Part shown: piece by piece, positions 35,543 to 41,307 of the stretch
How positions within the stretch are numbered: the first letter of the stretch is position 1
How the letters are laid out: every line of letters begins with the position of its first letter
From: Catajapyx aquilonaris
Lineage: Eukaryota
NCBI GenBank assembly: GCA_000934665.2
Contig: JYFJ02003456.1
Coordinates: 1-41,307 of the forward strand
Direction: 5' to 3'
DNA length: 41,307 nt
Notes under the pieces: generated by a model
The model's input: the letters and a program-made list of their open reading frames with translations, nothing else
Database searches by the model: none
Told to the model about the DNA's origin: nothing
Made by a program: the position numbers and the translations under genes

Positions 35543-37451
35543 TACATATCATGCATACTTCCAACCCATTTTCACAAACTTACCTTCTGATAAACTATGT
35601 ATTAATGGCAAAATTTGGTGCCAGATAATTCAACAGAGAGAGGCAATCAAGCGAAACTTGAGCATATATCATTTAGACGGCCTGGTGAAATTCGACAAAG
35701 CAGCGGGGCATTGTACCGAACAAATGTAACGAGACTCGTCCCTCAATCGAAAGTGCTTGTACAGTACCTGTGGAGAGGTCTTCATAGTGAAGCGGTAGTC
35801 AACCATGGTGTCACTATAGGCAGGCCTCGAGGCAATCTGTGTCGGCCGGGGATGTATACAGAGATGGAGGCGGCACGTCTACACTGCACGACGGACGAGC
35901 AACGACAAGAAGCTGCCCGCTGGGGATGTGGGGTAATGCGGGGGCAAGGGGGCGTGTGAAAGCGGGAGGCTCCGAGGTGGGTGAATCCGTGAATCGACGA
36001 AATAGAAAAGCGCCATCGCACAAGCCAGGATGCCAAATCGACAAATTACAAGGGGGGACAAAACTACATTTCTTGCTGCATGCCTGTTGGTGGAGACAAC
36101 CATTGTTATCTATAGGCAATGCTCAGATTAGGCGCTTATTGGGAGTGTTTTTCACAATAATGGCCATTGGACATGGAGGATGGAGCAGTTTAGCGTGATA
36201 AAAGTGGATTTTCTCATTTTTGGTTACTTGTTTGATGGGTCAGAGTAGCAACGCAGTCTGAATATCACAAAAAAGAGGCAAACTTGGGCCGAGGATAGTG
36301 CACCTTTGGCAACTGTTTGGCACGGACGAATGACGTCATGGTTGGCATATCCGCTCCCGTCGGTTGCATTACCGACAACTCTGGCACTTTTCAATACTAC
36401 CGTAACTGTAAGTTATTTCAGGGCCCATCCATTCAGACCTTACACGTAATTGACGGATTGCACAATATTCCAACACGGCTCAAGATTCGGACTGCATTTC
36501 CGCTCGGATGAATAATCCTCCAGACCGCCACCCAACAGCCCAGGATATCAACCCCCCCTCCTCGCCGACGGACTATTTTAATGAGGGGGAACGCGCGAAA
36601 AGGCCCTGGGCGGGATTGGGTGGGNGGGTGGGTGGGTGGAGAAGGGTTTCCATAATCGTGAAATGGACAAGTGTTGCGGCCAGATTTTAACACTCACAGT
36701 CAGATAGATAACACGGCAATGCAAAATTGGACAGGCGCCAATATGGGCTTCCAGCGTTGCGAGGGGATGGCACATGGCAGGGGATGCAATATGGCTGGGA
36801 GTCGCTATAGCCAGGCCTAATTTCAATACTTTTTTCCATCCCTCCGACCACCCCCGTTTTAGTGCGTCCATATAATACAGTAGGCCTACTGTATAATATT
36901 AATGTGAAACTCGGTTCTGTTCGAAATTCCAGTGCCCTATTTCAAAAATTCACATTCGCAATTCGTTGCGTACCACAGCTACGTTTATTGCGTTAAAAAG
37001 TGCGTCTTGCGGGTGCACTTCATCTTCGGAAATGCAGCGCCGCGCTGCCTGACAACGAATAATGTCAGGATTGGACGCCATTGCTCCACATTAGCCCAGC
37101 TTCTGGCTGCAGTGGCGCGGGGCCGGCCGACACCCCTCGCCGCTAATTGCGCAGCCGGGCGCAGCAATGATTGGGGGACGTAACGACCCGGACGGGGAAG
37201 GAGGCCCCTCCAATCCAGATTTTGGCGCAACGACTTATGGACCTAATGACTTGCAGATACGTACAATATCCTGTACCATATTATTCTTGTAAGACGGCGC
37301 ATTTTTTTGTATTTCCGCCGCCCAACTGGCGCACCCTCGGCCAAATAACCCGGGCAATACCGTACGGGTGCTGCGTCATCACAGCGTACAAGTGCACATA
37401 ATATGTAACAAGAGTCGTCCCTCAACCGAACGTGCAAGTCCCTAACATTAC

Positions 37452-37776
37452 CTGATTCCTCATGACGTACTGAGGCATTTCGGGCATGGCGAAGGCCGCG
37501 GGAGGCGGTGATGCTCCCATATCGTGAGGCGGCGGCGGCGGTATGTCTATCTGCGTCGGCGAGGGGACAAGCACAGGTGGCGGGCGTCGCACCTCCTGCA
37601 AGATGTGAAAAAGGGGGTGTTGAATGGGCAGATAAGGTGGCCAGGTGGGTGGGTGGCGTGATTTCCTCACGCCAAGCACCTGACCACCTTGATTATTATT
37701 GGTGCTTTTGTGAATTGAGTCACGGTTGGAATTGGTTGGCATACCCGCTCCGGTCCGTTCTATGCGCACCGACAAC
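37452..37776 (-). CDS. Candidate upstream proline-rich exon of the zf-3CxxC gene (ATG at 37742)
   Basis: Open frame MPTNSNRD...PPPPPHDMGASPPPAAFAMPEMPQYVMRNQ ending at CAG|gtaatg (phase 0), compatible with the phase-0 acceptors at 33501 and 29638; tacag acceptor immediately before 37776. Confidence 0.45.
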
Positions 37777-37895
37777 CTGTACAGTCACGACCAGTGTCCA
37801 ATGCTATTTCACAGTCAATACACTACTACTGATTATTATCCGTGCATGGCCAAAGTAAAGAAAATAAATTAAAGTCAGAAAAAAATGTCAATATA

Positions 37896-39410
37896 CAGGG
37901 TGTATCAGAGTCACGGCCCACGGGTCAAGCGCGCGCGAGGGGGTGAGGAAAAATCGTAGGTGGCGATAACCCCGGTCAGTTTTATAAAATAATTAGAAAT
38001 AAGGGAGTAATCGATTTTTGATTACGGCAATGCGTGATGTCACGTTCATTCCGTTCGAACCGAGAGGCGCGGAAAGGCGAGTACTGTGCGTACAGCGGCT
38101 CTCTCGCCTTCCCACGCAGAGCATGGGGCCTGGCCTGGACCTCGGCAACCCCTCTTCGCGACCTGCCCATGCAACGGTGCACCGAGAAATGGCGGAAGAT
38201 GTCGAGCACCGATGTCTCTGTACAGCCAGGAATGACAGCACGCATACCGGGTAGGTAGACGTCATCCTCATCGAAAATCGCGAAAAAGGTTTCTTGCCGT
38301 GGACAGACTGCTGCGTGAGGCCGGTACCGGCCGATACATTGCGAGGCAGGCGAGATACGTCAGGTACGTACAGTAGTACAGTGTGTTGTACGCGCCTGTA
38401 CTGTAGTACAGCACTGCACTGGCTGGATAAGGATAATGCCTACAGTAGTATACGGTACTGTAACAGTATTGTGTCGCTCAATGCACCTCGGACCGCACGT
38501 ACAGTACCATGGCAATGGAGGAAGACGTTCTGGACATGGTAACCATGGACCCATCGATCAGCACCCGTGAAGTTGGTATGCGTACTGTCAGTACTCATAC
38601 CGTAACTACAACAAATCCTGGAACTGGCGCGCGCCCATTCGCTCGGATGCTAGCTGTCATCGGTGTCATGGATGGTCCTTCACACATTGTAGGAATGAAT
38701 GCTGTGCACTCTACAACCGACTTCACAGGTGCTGATCGATGGGTCCATCGTCCATGGCTACCATGCCCAGAACGTCTTCCTCCATTGCCATATATGGTAT
38801 GTGCGGTCCGAGGTGCATTGAGCGGTACAATACTGTTACAGTACCGTATACTACTGTAGACATTATCCTTATCCAGCCAGTGCAGTGCTGTACTACAGTA
38901 CAGGCGGACAACACACTGTACTACTGTACGTACCCGACGTATCTCGCCTGCCTCGCAATGTACCGGCCGGTACCGGCCTCACGCAGCAGTCTGTCCACCG
39001 CAAGAATAAACCTTTTTCGCGATTTTTCAATGAGGATGACGCAAGGGATGACGTCTGGTATGCGTGCTGTCATTCCTGCCTGTACAGAGACATCGGTGCT
39101 CGACATCCTCCGCCATTTCCTGGTGCACCGTTGCATGGGCAGATCGCGAAGAGGGGTCGCCGAGGCCCGAGTACGCCCGAGGTCCAGGCCAAGCCCCATG
39201 CTTTTATTTATTTGCGTGGGAAGGCGGGAGAGCGTGAGAGCACCTTGTTCAGCCTTTCCGCGCCTCTCAGTTCGAGTTGCCGTAATCAAAAATCGATTAC
39301 TCCCTTATTTCTAATTGTTTTATAAAACTGACTGGGGTTATCGTCAGCTACGATTTTTCCCCACCCCCTTGCGCGCGCTTGACACGTGACCGTGACTCTG
39401 ATACACCCTA
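37896..39410. mobile_element. 1.5-kb Tc1/mariner-derived fold-back element with about 680-bp inverted arms
   Basis: TA|CAGGGTGTATCAGAGTCACGG ... CCGTGACTCTGATACACCCTA|TA. Arms are about 37896-38572 and 38722-39410. Each arm ends in a transposase N-terminal remnant (PRTART..MEEDVLDMVTMDPSISTREV, similar to the HTH region of maT/rosa-type transposases). Confidence 0.92.
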
Positions 39411-40499
39411 TAATTATATCGCAAACAAAGACAACCACTTTAGACGAAGACGGATTATCCGGCATTCAGTCACTGTCACTCCTTCAGAATTCAAGAATTA
39501 CCAGTATAGGCTACACTAGATTTGCATCAATAGTCAGGAGAGCTCTTCTTTACTAACTGGACCAAAAATTGATTGCGGTTACATTTTTGACATCCTTGTT
39601 TTAACATTTTTAGCTTTTAGTTCATTCCGTTACCATTATAACATTTATAAGACAAAAAGCAACCGTTGGCAACGACCGCTCCCACGCCCTGTATGACCGT
39701 AAGTCGGTACGGAGAAGTACTGTACGTAGGGGTCATGCGCCGGCCATCCTTGCTCCACTTTATTGACATTGAAACCGGTTCTTGTGAACCAAACTATTTC
39801 GGGGTCCGACTTGATATGCTACACTCTCAATGTACACTCTACACATCTAACGAAAGCAGCACAGAGTGCATAAAAATGTTCAAAACGCTACACCAACTAT
39901 GATGTCACGGCTCTTGTAATTGCACCGTGTAGGTGTAAGTAAATTAGTCCACACTTTCCCAATAATGTTACAGGACAGGAAGTGTGAAAACCAGCAAACT
40001 GAGGGCCCCTTGAAAGCAGATGAGTCTGAGGGTTTTTTTTAAATAATCTTGCACGTGGCTGGGGATTAGGCGCCTTTGTTCAACTTGGGAGCCGCGACGC
40101 AGTGTCTCAATGCCACGTCAAAGGTCATGACTCAAAATAATATATGCGGCCCCCGTATGGAACTGCACCCGCTGGAAAAGGGTAGCTGAACACTTGGCTG
40201 TTCCTCTCTTTTTTTCCAGGATCCGTGCCACGCAGGTGGCCCGTGATGCGCACGTGTCGGATTTCCGTTGTCGTCTATATGTACCGCATGTACAGCAAGT
40301 AACCTCAGAAAAGCTGCTAAAGTGCATATTACAGCTAAACTCAGCTAAGTACTGTACCAAATTAAGCATCTGATAACAGTGCTGCGAATTACAGTGCTTG
40401 GAATTTTCTACTCAATTGCGCTGCAATAGAACATGCCCTTTTTAATGCACTATAAAAATAAATGGCAATCAAGAGCTTGGTAAAGAATAGCGCATATAC

Positions 40500-41027
40500 C
40501 AGTAAAACTTCTATAAGTCGAATCTCCACGGGACCGGGAAAAAACTTCCGAGTTATAGTATATAGAAGATTCGAGTTGAGAAGTTTGCCGGAATTTTTTA
40601 AGCATATCTCTATAAGGAAGCCTATTTTCATATCCAGCAACGAAATATGTTCGAAACTTAAAAATACCTCTCATTATCACACACTTACAATGTTCCTCAT
40701 TGTTTTCTTGTTTTAAAAAAAAGCCGTTATGGACGAGGTTATGGACATTTGCCTACTCTCATATTCAAGGATTCAATATTGTCGCAATCGAGTCAAACAC
40801 TTCTTTCGGTACGTCTGGTAGACTGAGATCAGGAAATTGAGCCTTTCTGCGCATGTGGACTACTCTCGACCCTTCGGCTGGGCAATGAGAACATTTTCCG
40901 TAGTCCCCAACATGAACCTCGACTTAGGGAGAGTGAAAATGCATTGATGTCCCATCGTAAGGCCCTGCCTGCACTTCGAGTTATAGAAATTCGACTTAGG
41001 GAAGTTCGACTTATAGAAGTTTTACTA
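40500..41027. mobile_element. Tigger/pogo-like MITE
   Basis: CAGTAAAACTTCTATAAGTCGAA ... TTCGACTTATAGAAGTTTTACTA|TA with repeated TTCGAGTTATAG subterminal units. Confidence 0.85.
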
Positions 41028-41307
41028 TAGCCTACGTAAAACAATCAAAAACTCTTGTTGCAATTACGGTAGCAGTAGGCTATTATTGTTATCAAAGCCA
41101 GGTTGGGTTCATTATTGCTGACAATTAACAACACGATCTAATGAGGATTTGAGGTTGTATTTGCAGTACATGTATTAGTTATTATACCGGTACTGGTTTT
41201 AAGTGTATTTATCGCACTTATAAATAGTAAACACAAAACGCAATGTCATTTTAGACCCATTTCTCACTTTTTTATTCTTGATTAGTTTATAGACATTGCC
41301 GTGCCCA

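Noticed and set aside
35768..36119. GC-rich, Pro-rich frames as another alternative exon of the 3CxxC gene
   Set aside because: A CAG|gtactg donor exists near 35768, but every frame has a stop before it, so no coherent exon can be built. At best it is a decayed copy.
37982..39325. Multiple overlapping 75-190 aa ORFs
   Set aside because: All lie within the arms of the GC-rich fold-back transposon and mirror each other.

Overview
Eukaryotic genomic DNA, probably arthropod (inferred from the Exo84 and NMT sequences and the transposon content). Four spliced protein-coding genes can be built by hand with GT-AG introns and consistent phases. (1) N-myristoyltransferase (NMT), minus strand, 10 exons, 526 aa. 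(2) Exocyst subunit EXOC8/Exo84, minus strand, 10 exons, 702 aa. (3) An FG-repeat nucleoporin with POM121-type motifs but no visible transmembrane anchor, plus strand, 3 exons, about 1200-1270 aa, head-to-head with EXOC8. (4) A zf-3CxxC (RTP-like) zinc-finger gene, minus strand, with several candidate alternative proline-rich 5' exons spread over about 10 kb. Introns and intergenic DNA carry tRNA-derived SINEs (two with clear target-site duplications, one V-SINE-like), many MITEs and fold-back derivatives of Tc1/mariner, Tigger, hAT and Harbinger-type elements, a decayed Ty3/gypsy RT-RNase H, and a probable LINE ORF1 remnant. The strongest leads are the apparently soluble invertebrate POM121 homolog, the RTP-like gene with phase-matched mutually exclusive N-terminal exons, a 3' stem-loop shared by different retroposons, and two near-perfect intronic hairpins.
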